Numbered from the stretch's first letter, positions 21,252 through 31,958 are shown. The stretch is 64,000 bases of DNA from Lachnospiraceae bacterium (GCA_024691015.1 JAILOD010000104.1:2525-66524); one strand, 5' to 3'. A program made the numbers and translations. Notes: generated by a model from the letters alone, not told the origin.

Positions 21252-22318
21252 TGCCGGAAGAAAATCAGATAAATACTGCGAAAAAAACTCTGTTAAAAAA
21301 GGATTTTTACTATGATCTTCCCGAGGAGCTGATAGCTCAGGATCCGCTGGATAAACGTGATGATTCCAGGCTTATGCTTCTGGATAAAAATACGGGTCAG
21401 ATACAGCACAGGATATTCCACGATATCATAGATTACTTAAATCCCGGGGATTGTCTTGTTATAAACAACACAAAGGTGATCCCTGCCCGTCTTCTCGGTG
21501 TGAAGGAGGATACGGGAGCGGGAGTTGAGATACTTCTGTTAAAAAGACGTGAAAAGGATATTTTTGAATGTCTTGTCCGTCCGGGAAAGAAGCTGAAGGT
21601 CGGAGCCAGGGTTGTTTTCGGAGACGGGATTTTAAAAGCCGAGATAATGAAAGTTGTGGAAGAAGGAAACAGGCTTGTTCGTTTTGAATATGACGGTATC
21701 TTCGAGGAGGTTCTGGACAGGCTTGGAGAAATGCCCCTTCCTCCTTACATTACACATAAGCTTAAGGACAGAAACAGGTATCAGACCGTTTATGCAAAGT
21801 ACGACGGGTCTGCGGCAGCACCTACAGCGGGGCTGCATTTTACAACAGAGCTTTTAGATGCTATAAGAAAAAAAGGAGTAAATATAGCAGGTGTGACTCT
21901 TCACGTGGGACTGGGAACGTTCAGGCCGGTTAAGGAGGATAATGTTCTTGATCATCATATGCACTCCGAATATTATATGATCAGTGAGGAAGCTGCAGAA
22001 ATCATAAACAAGACGAAGGAAAGCGGCAGCGGGAGAATTATCTGCGTGGGTACCACGAGTCTGAGAACCCTGGAGTCCGCAGCGGGAGAAGACGGCCGTA
22101 TACAGCCAGGAGACGGCAATACACAGATATTTATCTATCCCGGATACAGCTTTAAAATAACTGACTGCCTGATCACAAATTTCCATCTTCCGGAGTCGAC
22201 ACTTATAATGCTTGTAAGTGCCCTTGCGGGAAGAGAACATGTATTAAATGCTTATGAAGAAGCAATAAAGGAGAGATACAGATTTTTCTCTTTCGGGGAT
22301 GCCATGTTCATAAGCTGA
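21251..22318 (+). CDS. queA: S-adenosylmethionine:tRNA ribosyltransferase-isomerase
   Basis: '[15 protein letters not shown]', 'PPYI' and '[10 protein letters not shown]' match QueA. The start overlaps the pheT stop. Confidence 0.95.
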   Translation: MPEENQINTAKKTLLKKDFYYDLPEELIAQDPLDKRDDSRLMLLDKNTGQIQHRIFHDIIDYLNPGDCLVINNTKVIPARLLGVKEDTGAGVEILLLKRREKDIFECLVRPGKKLKVGARVVFGDGILKAEIMKVVEEGNRLVRFEYDGIFEEVLDRLGEMPLPPYITHKLKDRNRYQTVYAKYDGSAAAPTAGLHFTTELLDAIRKKGVNIAGVTLHVGLGTFRPVKEDNVLDHHMHSEYYMISEEAAEIINKTKESGSGRIICVGTTSLRTLESAAGEDGRIQPGDGNTQIFIYPGYSFKITDCLITNFHLPESTLIMLVSALAGREHVLNAYEEAIKERYRFFSFGDAMFIS

Positions 22319-22411
22319 CAGTTCAAGAAAAGTCCGTTTAAACGATAAGGGCTTATTAACTGCGGGTAAACAGAAATCTGACAAATGCATAAACAGGAGT
22401 CAGGTGGTTTT

Positions 22412-24145
22412 ATGAAGAATAATAATCCGAAAATAATCTATTTGTTTATAATGGTAGGGGTTACACTTACATTTATTGTAATCTATCTCATTTTGGGATT
22501 CTTGGGATTGAATTATGAAGGACAGTATGAGCCTCTTTATCCTACTATGCGCTTAGAGCGCGTCTATGATAACGGAAAAGTTGAACCTTTAAAGGACGGC
22601 GACAACACCATTTTTCTGGATAAAGGTGAAAAGGTCGTCCTCAGGGGAGATTTTCCGGTATTTCCAAGACTTTCAACAGGAAGATGCCTGTCATTCGTAT
22701 CTTATACAACTGCATATCGGTTTGAATGTGCGGATAAGATCGTGGCCGAAAAGGATATGGATAAGGCAGAAAACGGAATATATTTTCCGAGAAAAGTGAA
22801 TTTTTTATCCATTCCGGGAAATATCCGCGGTAAGAAAATGACCATGACCTTCGTCGGAGGGAAAAACGGAGCAAAGATCAAGCTGGATACATTTTATTTC
22901 GGTGATGCCTATGCCTTATATAAACTGTTCCTTGTTCAGCGTAATTTTGCCCTGCTGCTTTCAATCGCGCTGGCCACATTCGGGATAATCCTTATAGTAT
23001 TGAATGTTATTCTGGGAATATATTTAAGAGGCAAGCTCGGAAATATATTTCTGGGAATTGTACTTATTGTTCTGGGAGCATATCTGGCAAGTTATAATAA
23101 CCTGGCCTTTGTTTTTGGTATCAGCTTTGAGCATTCGGGGATAACAGAGTATTTTACGCTGATGTCGCTCCCTGTGATAATACTTATAAATGTTATCATA
23201 ACCAACAAAAAATACCTGCATCCCTCCAATCTGATAATATCTCAGGCCGGTGTTATTGCGGTAGTGATAGCCTTCGTCCTGCATATCCTAAAGCTCAGGA
23301 ACATAAATGAAATGGTTGTCTTTATTTATGTATTCAGCGGACTTAATGCAATATATCTCCTTTTATGGATCCATTATATAAAAAAGAAGGAAAGAAACAG
23401 TATAGGATCCGAGCTGTACGGAAATATCGCAAAGGCCGCGATCAATGAAGGCTATGTAATTTTAATAGTGTTTGCGCTTCTGGATATTGTCATACATGGA
23501 TTGAATTTTAACGGCTTTATCCCGTTAAACGAGAACGTCAGGGGAACCTTTTTAATGCTGGGATCATCTATGTTTGCGGCAAGTATTTTTGTGAGCTATT
23601 TTTATCATACTATTGCCTCTCTTGAGCAGGATGATATAGAAAAAGAACTGGAATGGGCAGCATATACGGATAAGTTGACATCACTGGCGAACAGGGCATA
23701 TTGTGATTCCATAATAGCGGATTATTCAAAAGAGAAGCGGCCGTGTACGGTATTCAGCTTTGATCTGGACAGACTCAAGATCGTAAATGATGCGCTCGGA
23801 CACCAGAAGGGTGATCGTTATATTTCCGGCTTTGCACATGTTCTGAAGGAGAACTTTGAACAGGCAGCCCTTATCGGGCGAATGGGAGGCGATGAGTTCA
23901 TTGTTATAATAAACGGTGAAGACATGGGTGTTGCCAGAGAATATTTGAATCAGCTTGCCAACAGGGTATCAAATCTTAACTTCAGCGAAGCCGATACGGA
24001 ATATGAATATTCCTACGGTTGTGCAAATACATCGGAAACGGAGAATCATACGGCCCGTGAATGCTATCTTATTTCGGATCAGAGAATGTATGAGATGAAG
24101 AAGATCCATCATGGAGATGTAACCGGTAAGGAGGTGCGGATATGA
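22412..24145 (+). CDS. Membrane diguanylate cyclase (extracytoplasmic domain + multi-TM + GGDEF)
   Basis: 'RMGGDEFIVI' and 'YTDKLTSLANR' are present, with 7-8 TM helices. ATG 22412 has a nearby GGTGG and is preferred over the tracked 22385. Confidence 0.85.
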   Translation: MKNNNPKIIYLFIMVGVTLTFIVIYLILGFLGLNYEGQYEPLYPTMRLERVYDNGKVEPLKDGDNTIFLDKGEKVVLRGDFPVFPRLSTGRCLSFVSYTTAYRFECADKIVAEKDMDKAENGIYFPRKVNFLSIPGNIRGKKMTMTFVGGKNGAKIKLDTFYFGDAYALYKLFLVQRNFALLLSIALATFGIILIVLNVILGIYLRGKLGNIFLGIVLIVLGAYLASYNNLAFVFGISFEHSGITEYFTLMSLPVIILINVIITNKKYLHPSNLIISQAGVIAVVIAFVLHILKLRNINEMVVFIYVFSGLNAIYLLLWIHYIKKKERNSIGSELYGNIAKAAINEGYVILIVFALLDIVIHGLNFNGFIPLNENVRGTFLMLGSSMFAASIFVSYFYHTIASLEQDDIEKELEWAAYTDKLTSLANRAYCDSIIADYSKEKRPCTVFSFDLDRLKIVNDALGHQKGDRYISGFAHVLKENFEQAALIGRMGGDEFIVIINGEDMGVAREYLNQLANRVSNLNFSEADTEYEYSYGCANTSETENHTARECYLISDQRMYEMKKIHHGDVTGKEVRI

Positions 24146-25830
24146 GAAGAAAGCATTTTCTGGCACTGATACTGGTTGCCATCATAATGGTACTTATGAT
24201 GAATGCAATAGTGATGATCCGGATAAGCGATCGTTTTCGGGTTGTAAATCTGGAGAAGAAATGGGACTTATATGTGAACGGTCTGTATCTGGGGAACACC
24301 TCCTATGACAACGCTTTCTCTAAGGAACGATCCGTGGTCGATAAGGGAGATATACTCGAATTAAAGACGGTTATCCCGGAAGACCTGAAATGTGAGTTCC
24401 CGTCCCTGTTCATCGGTGTTTTCGGTGCATCCTATGATGTGATGATCGATGATAAGGTTTACAGATCGGTAAATACGGAAAAAACAGAGCACGACGCCTT
24501 TATCGGCTGGGATTATTCTGCCGTTTCCCTTCCCGATCATATCGGAGGCAGAAAGCTGACATTAAGGCTGTATCCCGCACAGGATAAGCTGGCAAAACCT
24601 CTTATGATGTCCCTGTTCGGAGAACTTTCCGATCTTGAACAATGGTTTCTGCATAAGAATATCGTGCCCTTTATTACTGGCTCGCTTCTTCTTATAAGCG
24701 GAGGGTTCCTTATGATAATCTCTCTTGTGTTTACCGTAAAGAATCCGGATTTTGCAAGTCATATAGTGGCGGCTCTTTTGACGATAACACTGGGGATAAC
24801 CATGTTTTCTTACTACGGTCTTGCTTCGCTTATGCTGGGAAGTAAACATGAGACGTTGCTGTATTATATTGCAATTCATATGGTTGTGTTGCTTTGTGCG
24901 CTCTGGTGCGGAAGGATAAGGAACAGTCTTTACAGGCGTTTGTATTTCATATTTATATTCGCATATTCCGCTTATATAGGAGTACGTGTTTTTCTGCATA
25001 TCAGCGGGAAAATTTTCATAAACATTTTCTTTCCGCTTATATTTCTGTTTATGGTATGTTTTGTCGTATTAAGTATCCTGGATATTTTTTATGACAGGGG
25101 ACACACTCTTACGGAGGAACTGGATTTCCAGTATGCGGGTGTGTTTGTCGGAGCCGCTTTTATGACCTTGTCATGGGTTTTGACATACCTTAAATCTTTA
25201 AGGATCATAAATTATGATTCTCTTATAATAAATGCTTCGGCAGCCGTTCTTGCTATCGGTATGCTTGTCTTTCCGATGTGTCATATTGCCGGGTATCTGT
25301 TTTTTGCTGCAAAGAGCTACAACAAAAATATTGAATACACCACTCTTACACAGACTGCGTACAGGGATGTGCTTACTTCGCTTCCAAACAGGGCCCATAT
25401 CGATCATATAATGGATGAGTTCGAAAAAGAAAATGCATCCTATGCGGTTATAAGCTTTGATCTTAACGACCTTAAGAAAACAAACGATACCTACGGACAC
25501 GAAAGCGGAGATGTTCTGCTCAGGAATTTTGCCTATGAGCTGGATAATGTCTTCGGAAGGGAAGGGGTATGCGGAAGGATCGGTGGAGATGAGTTTGTAG
25601 TTCTGGCAAAAAATGTCAGGGAGGATAAGCTCAGAGAGATGCTGAACAAGCTGGAAAACAGATTGAAACAGTTAAACGACAATAAAATAGATCCCTGGGA
25701 ATATCATACGGCATACGGATATGCCTACAGAAGAGAAGCTTCGGGTGCAGCTCAGACCATAAAGCTTGCGGACAGCAGGATGTATGAAAAGAAGCAGTCT
25801 ATGAAAAATATGAAAAATATGTTTCAGTAG
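24142..25830 (+). CDS. Membrane diguanylate cyclase, paralogous architecture
   Basis: ATGA overlap with the upstream gene. 'RIGGDEFVVL' and 'YRDVLTSLPNR' are present, with the same extracytoplasmic-domain / multi-TM / GGDEF layout. Confidence 0.85.
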   Translation: MRRKHFLALILVAIIMVLMMNAIVMIRISDRFRVVNLEKKWDLYVNGLYLGNTSYDNAFSKERSVVDKGDILELKTVIPEDLKCEFPSLFIGVFGASYDVMIDDKVYRSVNTEKTEHDAFIGWDYSAVSLPDHIGGRKLTLRLYPAQDKLAKPLMMSLFGELSDLEQWFLHKNIVPFITGSLLLISGGFLMIISLVFTVKNPDFASHIVAALLTITLGITMFSYYGLASLMLGSKHETLLYYIAIHMVVLLCALWCGRIRNSLYRRLYFIFIFAYSAYIGVRVFLHISGKIFINIFFPLIFLFMVCFVVLSILDIFYDRGHTLTEELDFQYAGVFVGAAFMTLSWVLTYLKSLRIINYDSLIINASAAVLAIGMLVFPMCHIAGYLFFAAKSYNKNIEYTTLTQTAYRDVLTSLPNRAHIDHIMDEFEKENASYAVISFDLNDLKKTNDTYGHESGDVLLRNFAYELDNVFGREGVCGRIGGDEFVVLAKNVREDKLREMLNKLENRLKQLNDNKIDPWEYHTAYGYAYRREASGAAQTIKLADSRMYEKKQSMKNMKNMFQ

Positions 25831-25949
25831 TTAGATCCGAATATTTGCAAAGTAGTCAATATATATGTATAATATGAATGTTTTAGTCTTATACGGAACA
25901 GCTTAAGACAGTGGGTTTCGTATATAGTTTTCTGAAATTGGAGGACACC

Positions 25950-26318
25950 ATGTCGGAAGAGAGAAGAAGAGAAAAAAGAATGGATATAGATGTAAGTATC
26001 ACCATAAGGAGATTGGGTGAAAATGCATCTGATAAGGGTGTTCAGGTAAAGGTGCTGGATCTGTCCAAGGGAGGCATCGGGTTTTCATGTGCCGAAAAGC
26101 TCGAAAGCGGTGCTGCGTATGCCGCAGATATAAAGATATGGACCGGAGATATCATCCACTCCATCATAAATGTTGTCCGTGTAAGTAAGGGAGAGAATGA
26201 GAGCATATACGGAGGCGTGTTTATCGGAATGCCTGAAAGTGAATGGTGTCGTATACAGGTTTATGAGACTTATCAGGATTATGATGAGTTCGGTAAAAAG
26301 GATCAGGGAAATATTTAA
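25950..26318 (+). CDS. PilZ domain protein
   Basis: GGAGG lies 5 nt before ATG 25950. The PilZ motifs 'RRREKR' (RxxxR) and 'DLSKGGIGF' (DxSxxG) are present. Confidence 0.8.
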   Translation: MSEERRREKRMDIDVSITIRRLGENASDKGVQVKVLDLSKGGIGFSCAEKLESGAAYAADIKIWTGDIIHSIINVVRVSKGENESIYGGVFIGMPESEWCRIQVYETYQDYDEFGKKDQGNI

Positions 26319-26375
26319 ACATACTCGTGTTTCAGAGAAATACGTTTTATAAATCAGGGGGAAATACCGGGTACA

Positions 26376-26705
26376 ATGCAGGAAAGACGAAGAGATCCCA
26401 GACTTACAACGCCGTATACAGCGCTGTATTGTTCGTACAACGGGGTTCGTGCCGTAAAGATAAAGGATTTGTCCAGATCGGGTGCGGCCATAGTATTTCA
26501 AAATGACATAATGGTGAATATCGGCGATAAGGTAGTCATTCATTTTTACAGCAGAGAGACGAAAACGCTGGTTTCCAAAATGCTTTGCACCGTAGTCCGT
26601 GCTTTTAATTCCGACGGAGATTTTGCGATAGGTGTGGAATTCTGTGACCAGAGCTCCGGGGTTGACACTATTTTGGATTTCCTTTCAACAAGCGACGTAG
26701 AATGA
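26376..26705 (+). CDS. PilZ domain protein
   Basis: The 'RRRDPR' and 'DLSRSGAAI' motifs are present. Confidence 0.8.
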   Translation: MQERRRDPRLTTPYTALYCSYNGVRAVKIKDLSRSGAAIVFQNDIMVNIGDKVVIHFYSRETKTLVSKMLCTVVRAFNSDGDFAIGVEFCDQSSGVDTILDFLSTSDVE

Positions 26706-26758
26706 AAAATAAAATGACGTCCATGCAGAAGGACGGGATAGTTCATAAAGTTAAAAAA

Positions 26759-26792
26759 GGTGACCGTTTCTATGAAGCCGGTCACCTTTTTT
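26759..26792 (+). terminator. Rho-independent terminator after the PilZ genes
   Basis: 8-bp stem GGTGACCG / CGGTCACC followed by a T6 run, with an A-run on the 5' side. Confidence 0.75.
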
Positions 26793-26953
26793 GATAGCAG
26801 AGCCACTGGGAGGAATTTGTCGGCCGAAGCATACCGGAGGTTCGCTTAACGAGTGGGGGCGATCACATCTTCCATACTCGATTAGCGGAATAAAACGGTT
26901 TAAATATTTTTGACAAGGGTAAAAGGCGCCCGGGAAAGGAAGAGGTGAGTGAA

Positions 26954-27316
26954 ATGAGGGTATTTGTATATGAGCTTAAATTCGATCAGATGAGTGCTGT
27001 CTCAAAGGCTGCAAAGGCAGTCGGAGCCGAGATTGTAAATATAAAGGATGAAGATATTCATGCATCCATAGGAAGTCTTGTTGATGAGAAAAACGACAGA
27101 AAAGCCGGAATGGATGTTGATAAACAGGCAGGAGAACTCATGATATTCGAAGGCTTTTCAGGAAACGATCTGGATGAGTTCTTATCTGTTTATAACTCCA
27201 CCGGCTTTACCCGTGTCAAATGCAAAGCGATGATCACTGTGTTTAATCTTTTGTGGTCGCCGGCATATTTATATGAGCATCTGCTTGAAGAGGCAGAAAA
27301 CTTCAGGAAAAAATAA
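26954..27316 (+). CDS. DUF3783-like small protein
   Basis: A purine-rich RBS (AGGAAGAGG) precedes ATG 26954; the tracked GTG is at 26945. 'LDEFLSVYNSTGFTRVKCKAMITVFNLLWSPAYLYEHLLEE' resembles DUF3783, from memory. Confidence 0.4.
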   Translation: MRVFVYELKFDQMSAVSKAAKAVGAEIVNIKDEDIHASIGSLVDEKNDRKAGMDVDKQAGELMIFEGFSGNDLDEFLSVYNSTGFTRVKCKAMITVFNLLWSPAYLYEHLLEEAENFRKK

Positions 27317-27360
27317 CAGACGCAGATTAAATGCAGCAGTGATCAGGGCGTTCGTTTTAT

Positions 27361-28698
27361 TTATCTTTTCGGATAATCCACATCCAGCATATCCAGGTCA
27401 CGGAAGAAATCCGGATAGGATATTGAAACACAGGAGGTGTCATCTATGGCCAGAGGCTTCACGTCATCCATTATAAGAGAGGCGATCGCGAAGCTCATAG
27501 CGATGCGGTGATCACTTCCGGTTTTGATAAAGGCCGAATGAAGAGGAGTGGGACCGTTGATCATCATGCCATCTTCAGTAGGAGTTATATCCGCACCCAT
27601 TGCGCGAAGACCGTTACACATGTATTCTATGCGGTCGGATTCCTTAACTCTGAGCTCGGAGGCGTCTTTTATTATGGTCTGTCCCTCGGCCTGGGTGGCT
27701 ATAACAGCGAGAAGGGGGAGCTCGTCTATGAGAAGAGGAATGATATTTCCGCTGATTTCCGTGGCTTTCAGGGCACTGGTTTTAACCGTGATATCGGCTA
27801 CAGCTTCTCCGCTTTCATCGTGCAGGTTATCAAGTGATATTGAAGCATTCATGTTTTTAAGAACGGTCAGAATGCCGGCTCTTGTGGGGTTTATCCCCAC
27901 ATTTTTTATGGTGATCTCGGAATCCGGAACGATGAGACCGGCACCGATGAAATATGCTGCAGATGAAATATCTCCCGGAACGGTAATGTAGCGGCCGTGT
28001 AAGACAGGCGCCGGATGAACGATCGTTGTGGGATTTTCAAAGGTTCCGGGCGTGATATCCGCACCGAAGGCTTTTAACATAAGCTCCGTGTGATTTCTTG
28101 AAAGAGACGGCTCATGGATTGTTAGAGCAGAGTTTGCGTAAAGCCCGGCAAAAATAAGAGCTGATTTTACCTGTGCAGAAGAAACATCTGTTGAGATCTC
28201 ACCGCCCGATATTTCAGAAGGGGATATTACCAACGGGAGGGTTTCCTTTGCGTTGTAGCTTGTGATCTTTGCACCGAGTTTTGAAAGAGGATCGATGATC
28301 CTTCTCATGGGGCGCTTTGAAAGTGAGGAATCTCCTTTAAGGGTAGAAGAGAACTCCTGAGCGCAGAGAATACCCGAGATTATTCTGGCAGTGGTGCCGG
28401 AGTTTCCGCAATCCAGAGGGGAATCCGGAGCCTTAAGACCATCTAAGCCGACGCCGCGAATGGTTATGTTGCCGTCATCGTTTTCGGTGATGGATACGCC
28501 CATTTTTCTGAAACAGTTTATTGTGGACATGCAATCATCGCTTTTCAGAAAGCCCAGGACCTTTGTGTCGTTTTCCGACAGGGCACCTACCATGATGCTT
28601 CTGTGGGATATGGACTTGTCTCCCGGGACCTTGATTGTGCCGGACAGGGCACGTACTTTTGAAAGTTTCATTTTTACCTCCGGATCATTTAGAATCAT
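27361..28698 (-). CDS. aroA: 3-phosphoshikimate 1-carboxyvinyltransferase (EPSP synthase)
   Basis: 'VPGDKSISHR', 'LDCGNSGTTARI' and 'VKESDRI' are present. Confidence 0.95.
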   Translation of the reverse strand: MILNDPEVKMKLSKVRALSGTIKVPGDKSISHRSIMVGALSENDTKVLGFLKSDDCMSTINCFRKMGVSITENDDGNITIRGVGLDGLKAPDSPLDCGNSGTTARIISGILCAQEFSSTLKGDSSLSKRPMRRIIDPLSKLGAKITSYNAKETLPLVISPSEISGGEISTDVSSAQVKSALIFAGLYANSALTIHEPSLSRNHTELMLKAFGADITPGTFENPTTIVHPAPVLHGRYITVPGDISSAAYFIGAGLIVPDSEITIKNVGINPTRAGILTVLKNMNASISLDNLHDESGEAVADITVKTSALKATEISGNIIPLLIDELPLLAVIATQAEGQTIIKDASELRVKESDRIEYMCNGLRAMGADITPTEDGMMINGPTPLHSAFIKTGSDHRIAMSFAIASLIMDDVKPLAIDDTSCVSISYPDFFRDLDMLDVDYPKR

Positions 28699-29788
28699 AA
28701 ATTTTATAATTATGACGTTTCAGGATATCGCAGGCCCTGCTGCAGGATTCCTCGTCATAGAATGCAATATGGAGCGCACCTTCTTCAAAGGTACGGTTGT
28801 GAACGATACCTATATTTTTTATGGAGATATCGGATGTTGATAAAATAGTGGCGATGGTAGCTATGGCACCGGCCTCATCGATTATATCACAATAAAGGTC
28901 GAATTGCTTTTTTATCGGCCCTTTGGGCTGTGTTGAGAAGGAGGAGCGATATTCTTTTATATCCCTGAAGACCGAGTAAAGGGCTTTGGAGTCCCTGTTT
29001 TCAACAAGAGACTTAAGCTCCTTTAAAGTGTCAATGTAAAGATCGGTGATAGAGAGGATATTATCCCTGTTTTCGAGGCAGATCTGTTCCCACATTGTAG
29101 GGTCGGATCCGGCGATCCTGGTGATATCCTTGAAGCCGCCGGCTGCGATCATTTTCATGTGTTCATCCTCACCGTCGGCATCCTTAACCATTTTTACAAG
29201 AGAGTAGGCTATGAGGTGGGGAACATGGCTTATTGCGCCCGTGATATAGTCGTGCTCTTCGGGAGACAGTATCATAGGGATAGCACCGAGTGAGCTTACA
29301 AAATCGGAATAAAACTTAATCTGTTTATCCTTAGCGTTCGGACCCGGAGTAAGTATGTAGTAAGCGTTCTCCATAAGATGATCACTTGAATTGGCATAGC
29401 CGGATTTTTCGCTGCCGGCCATGGGGTGCCCACCTATAAAGGGGGCGTCGGGAAGAAGCCTTGAGACTGCATCATGGATCTCACCTTTAACACTTCCGGC
29501 ATCGGTAAGAATGGTGTCGGGGGTGAGATATTCTGAAAGAAGCGGAAGAAAGCGGGTGTTGGTTTCAACCGGGGTACAAAGAAAAATTATGTCGCAGTCT
29601 TTGAAATTATCGTCAATTTCATGTGTGCCTGCGTTTATAACACCATCGGACAATGCTTCTTCAAGCGGAGCGCTGCTTCTGTTTAATGCTATAATATTAG
29701 CCGACGGATGTGTTTTTCGAATGGTTTTTGCGATTGATCCGCCTATTAGGCCCAGGCCGATAAAGGCAACTTTGATATTATTATTCAT
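28685..29788 (-). CDS. tyrA: Prephenate dehydrogenase with C-terminal ACT-like domain
   Basis: The Rossmann motif 'FIGLGLIGGS' and 'GGHPMAGSE' are present. It overlaps aroA within an aromatic amino-acid operon. Confidence 0.85.
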   Translation of the reverse strand: MNNNIKVAFIGLGLIGGSIAKTIRKTHPSANIIALNRSSAPLEEALSDGVINAGTHEIDDNFKDCDIIFLCTPVETNTRFLPLLSEYLTPDTILTDAGSVKGEIHDAVSRLLPDAPFIGGHPMAGSEKSGYANSSDHLMENAYYILTPGPNAKDKQIKFYSDFVSSLGAIPMILSPEEHDYITGAISHVPHLIAYSLVKMVKDADGEDEHMKMIAAGGFKDITRIAGSDPTMWEQICLENRDNILSITDLYIDTLKELKSLVENRDSKALYSVFRDIKEYRSSFSTQPKGPIKKQFDLYCDIIDEAGAIATIATILSTSDISIKNIGIVHNRTFEEGALHIAFYDEESCSRACDILKRHNYKIYDSK

Positions 29789-30011
29789 GCTTTTATTCCT
29801 TTCGATCCTAAATGATTATACCATAACTTAAGGATAAGGATTTAAAGAATTGGGATGGGTACAGTAATTAGAAGGATTTATGGCTTGCTTACTATATATT
29901 GTGGTTAACATTTTTCGGAAATTTATGTAAATTTAAATTGGCTAAAAAAAGATAAATCGCATAAACAGGGAATATTTTGAAAAAAATATTATAAAAAAAT
30001 GATAAAAATGA

Positions 30012-30040
30012 TTAACATAATTTTAATTATGTTTTATAAT
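30012..30040 (+). promoter_or_regulatory. Near-consensus sigma-A-type promoter at the head of the 30-kb co-directional block
   Basis: TTAACA, 17-nt spacer, TATAAT. It lies in a ~300-nt very AT-rich divergent intergenic region, ~55 nt upstream of ATG 30096. Confidence 0.5.
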
Positions 30041-30095
30041 GCAAAAGTTGATATAAACAAATATTGGGTCAATATCTATTATCAGGAGCACAAAT

Positions 30096-31955
30096 ATGAG
30101 TAACAACCAACTTTATCCATTTGAAAGAAATCGTTATTACCCCGGGAAGATGCTGACCAGCGCTGATTTTCAGGCTGAACAGAACTACTTCATCAACAAG
30201 TCCAGATTTATGAACAGTCTGATGTACGGAAGCGGAATTGTCTGCGGTTGCGGTGTATTCAGTCTGGACGACCTTTCGATCCTCATTGAGAGCGGAGTTG
30301 CCATCGACGGTATCGGACGTGAGATCGTCATAGACTCTTCAATTGTTAAAAAGCTGTCGGCAATAGATGGCTTTGACAGAATTGAAAGCTCGAATGTCAG
30401 TCTGTGCGTCAGGTTCAAGGAACAGGATGTTCACAGTGTTTATTCGGTGAATCATAAAGAGACCGACAAGGAATATGAATTCAACCGTATAAGTGAAGGG
30501 TATGAGCTCTTCCTCGTGGATTCGGAGACAATGGATGAGGTATTCGATATGGATTCCGAATTCATTTCAAAAGAGAACCTCTTCTCCGGAAATGATTACA
30601 CGGGAGATATAGTTTTCCCGACAACGGCCTGCAAGGGCAGAAATGTTAAAATGGTTCTCGAGATCAGAAAATTAACCAGTGCGGATACCCGTCTTTCGTG
30701 CTCCGCAGTTATTGAAACACCTTCATTTCTGAACGCTAAAGGAGAGAAGGAGATCTACATAGATGTCGAGGATATCTCTCTTGCAGAAGGAGAAGTTTAC
30801 AAGAAGGATTTCTGGCTTTATACCGAAGATACTGGCTCAATCGAGACAGATATAATATTGAGAAGCGGAAGCGCGACAGCCTTTGAAAGCGATGTGGCTG
30901 TGGGATGCGCATCCAGCTTCAGCATGAAGATCCGCCTTACCGATATATCTCCCCTGGAATTGGTCAATCGTGAAACCGGCCGTATGAATCTGGAGATGAG
31001 AAACATCGGAGAGGTGGATTATATTAAGCTTGCAGATATAAGGCTTGTACGTACCGAGGGCGCTTATGTCATAGAAGATATAACGGAAACCGGAGTAAAG
31101 CAGTACATTTCATCTCCCTCACAGGAGCTTAAGAAAAATGATTTCCTTGAGTTTTTCAATAAGGATGTAGATATACGTAAGGAAAACAGGAAGGTACAGA
31201 AGGAAGAAAAGCAGGAAAAGACCACTGTTGTGGAAAGCTTTGATAACAAGAATTATGCCACAGGTGTACTGGAGATACCTCTTGGGAAAGATGCTCACGC
31301 AGGTGACATCCGCTTCTCGGGTGAGATCGCACATGGCCTTGGAAAGGGCAATGTATATGTGTCTGTAGGCTATGAGGTCGTGGCTGATGACAAATCCCTT
31401 GGCATGAGCGCGAAGAGCACGATCTACGGAAATCCGGAACTTTTCTCGGCTGTTAACAATCAGCTTCTCGATGCTGAAACCGCTGTGAAGATCTTAAATG
31501 ACAAGGGCAGCTTCGTGGTTGCGGCAAGGCTTTTAAGAGATGTTGAATATCTTGTTCTTTCATACAGATGGGTTGCCATAAGATTCCCTGCCGGTGAAGA
31601 GATGGAGACCTTGGATTACATGGATAAATCGATCACGGCAGAAACTCCTACTGTTATTATGGGACCGAGAGAAAGTCACTTCTTCGGGGTTCGTTTCAAT
31701 AACATGAAGAATTGCAGCATTACGTACGAGCTGACCGCACCCGCCAGCGGAGAGATCACTCCCGACGGAATATATACATCTCCCGCAAAAGAGGGCGTAT
31801 ATGAGGTACGTATCTATTGTACCGATATGCCGGTTATATGTACTTATGTATATGCAATAGTAAAGAAGACTGCCGAAGAAGAAGGTATCAGTATGGGTGA
31901 AGAGCAGCAGCCGGAAGGGCCGAAGATTGAGCTACCCAACCTTAAATTAAAATAA
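30096..31955 (+). CDS. Hypothetical cytoplasmic protein with C-terminal Ig-like domain (candidate CIS-associated adaptor or fibre)
   Basis: AGGAG RBS; no signal peptide or TM. The N-terminal 'NRYYPGKMLTSADFQAEQNY...GSGIVCGCGV...GVAIDGIGREIV' looks like a conserved globular domain that I cannot name. The C-terminal 'ITYELTAPASGEITPDGIYTSPAKEGVYEVRIY' resembles bacterial Ig-like domains. Confidence 0.45.
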   Translation: MSNNQLYPFERNRYYPGKMLTSADFQAEQNYFINKSRFMNSLMYGSGIVCGCGVFSLDDLSILIESGVAIDGIGREIVIDSSIVKKLSAIDGFDRIESSNVSLCVRFKEQDVHSVYSVNHKETDKEYEFNRISEGYELFLVDSETMDEVFDMDSEFISKENLFSGNDYTGDIVFPTTACKGRNVKMVLEIRKLTSADTRLSCSAVIETPSFLNAKGEKEIYIDVEDISLAEGEVYKKDFWLYTEDTGSIETDIILRSGSATAFESDVAVGCASSFSMKIRLTDISPLELVNRETGRMNLEMRNIGEVDYIKLADIRLVRTEGAYVIEDITETGVKQYISSPSQELKKNDFLEFFNKDVDIRKENRKVQKEEKQEKTTVVESFDNKNYATGVLEIPLGKDAHAGDIRFSGEIAHGLGKGNVYVSVGYEVVADDKSLGMSAKSTIYGNPELFSAVNNQLLDAETAVKILNDKGSFVVAARLLRDVEYLVLSYRWVAIRFPAGEEMETLDYMDKSITAETPTVIMGPRESHFFGVRFNNMKNCSITYELTAPASGEITPDGIYTSPAKEGVYEVRIYCTDMPVICTYVYAIVKKTAEEEGISMGEEQQPEGPKIELPNLKLK

Positions 31956-31958
31956 AGG

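Noticed and set aside
26794-26944. GC-rich ~100-nt stretch with a CCACT...AGTGG stem between the PilZ terminator and the DUF3783-like gene, considered as a riboswitch including c-di-GMP classes.
   Set aside because: I could not match it to any riboswitch consensus I know. The structure is weak. It needs cmscan before any claim.
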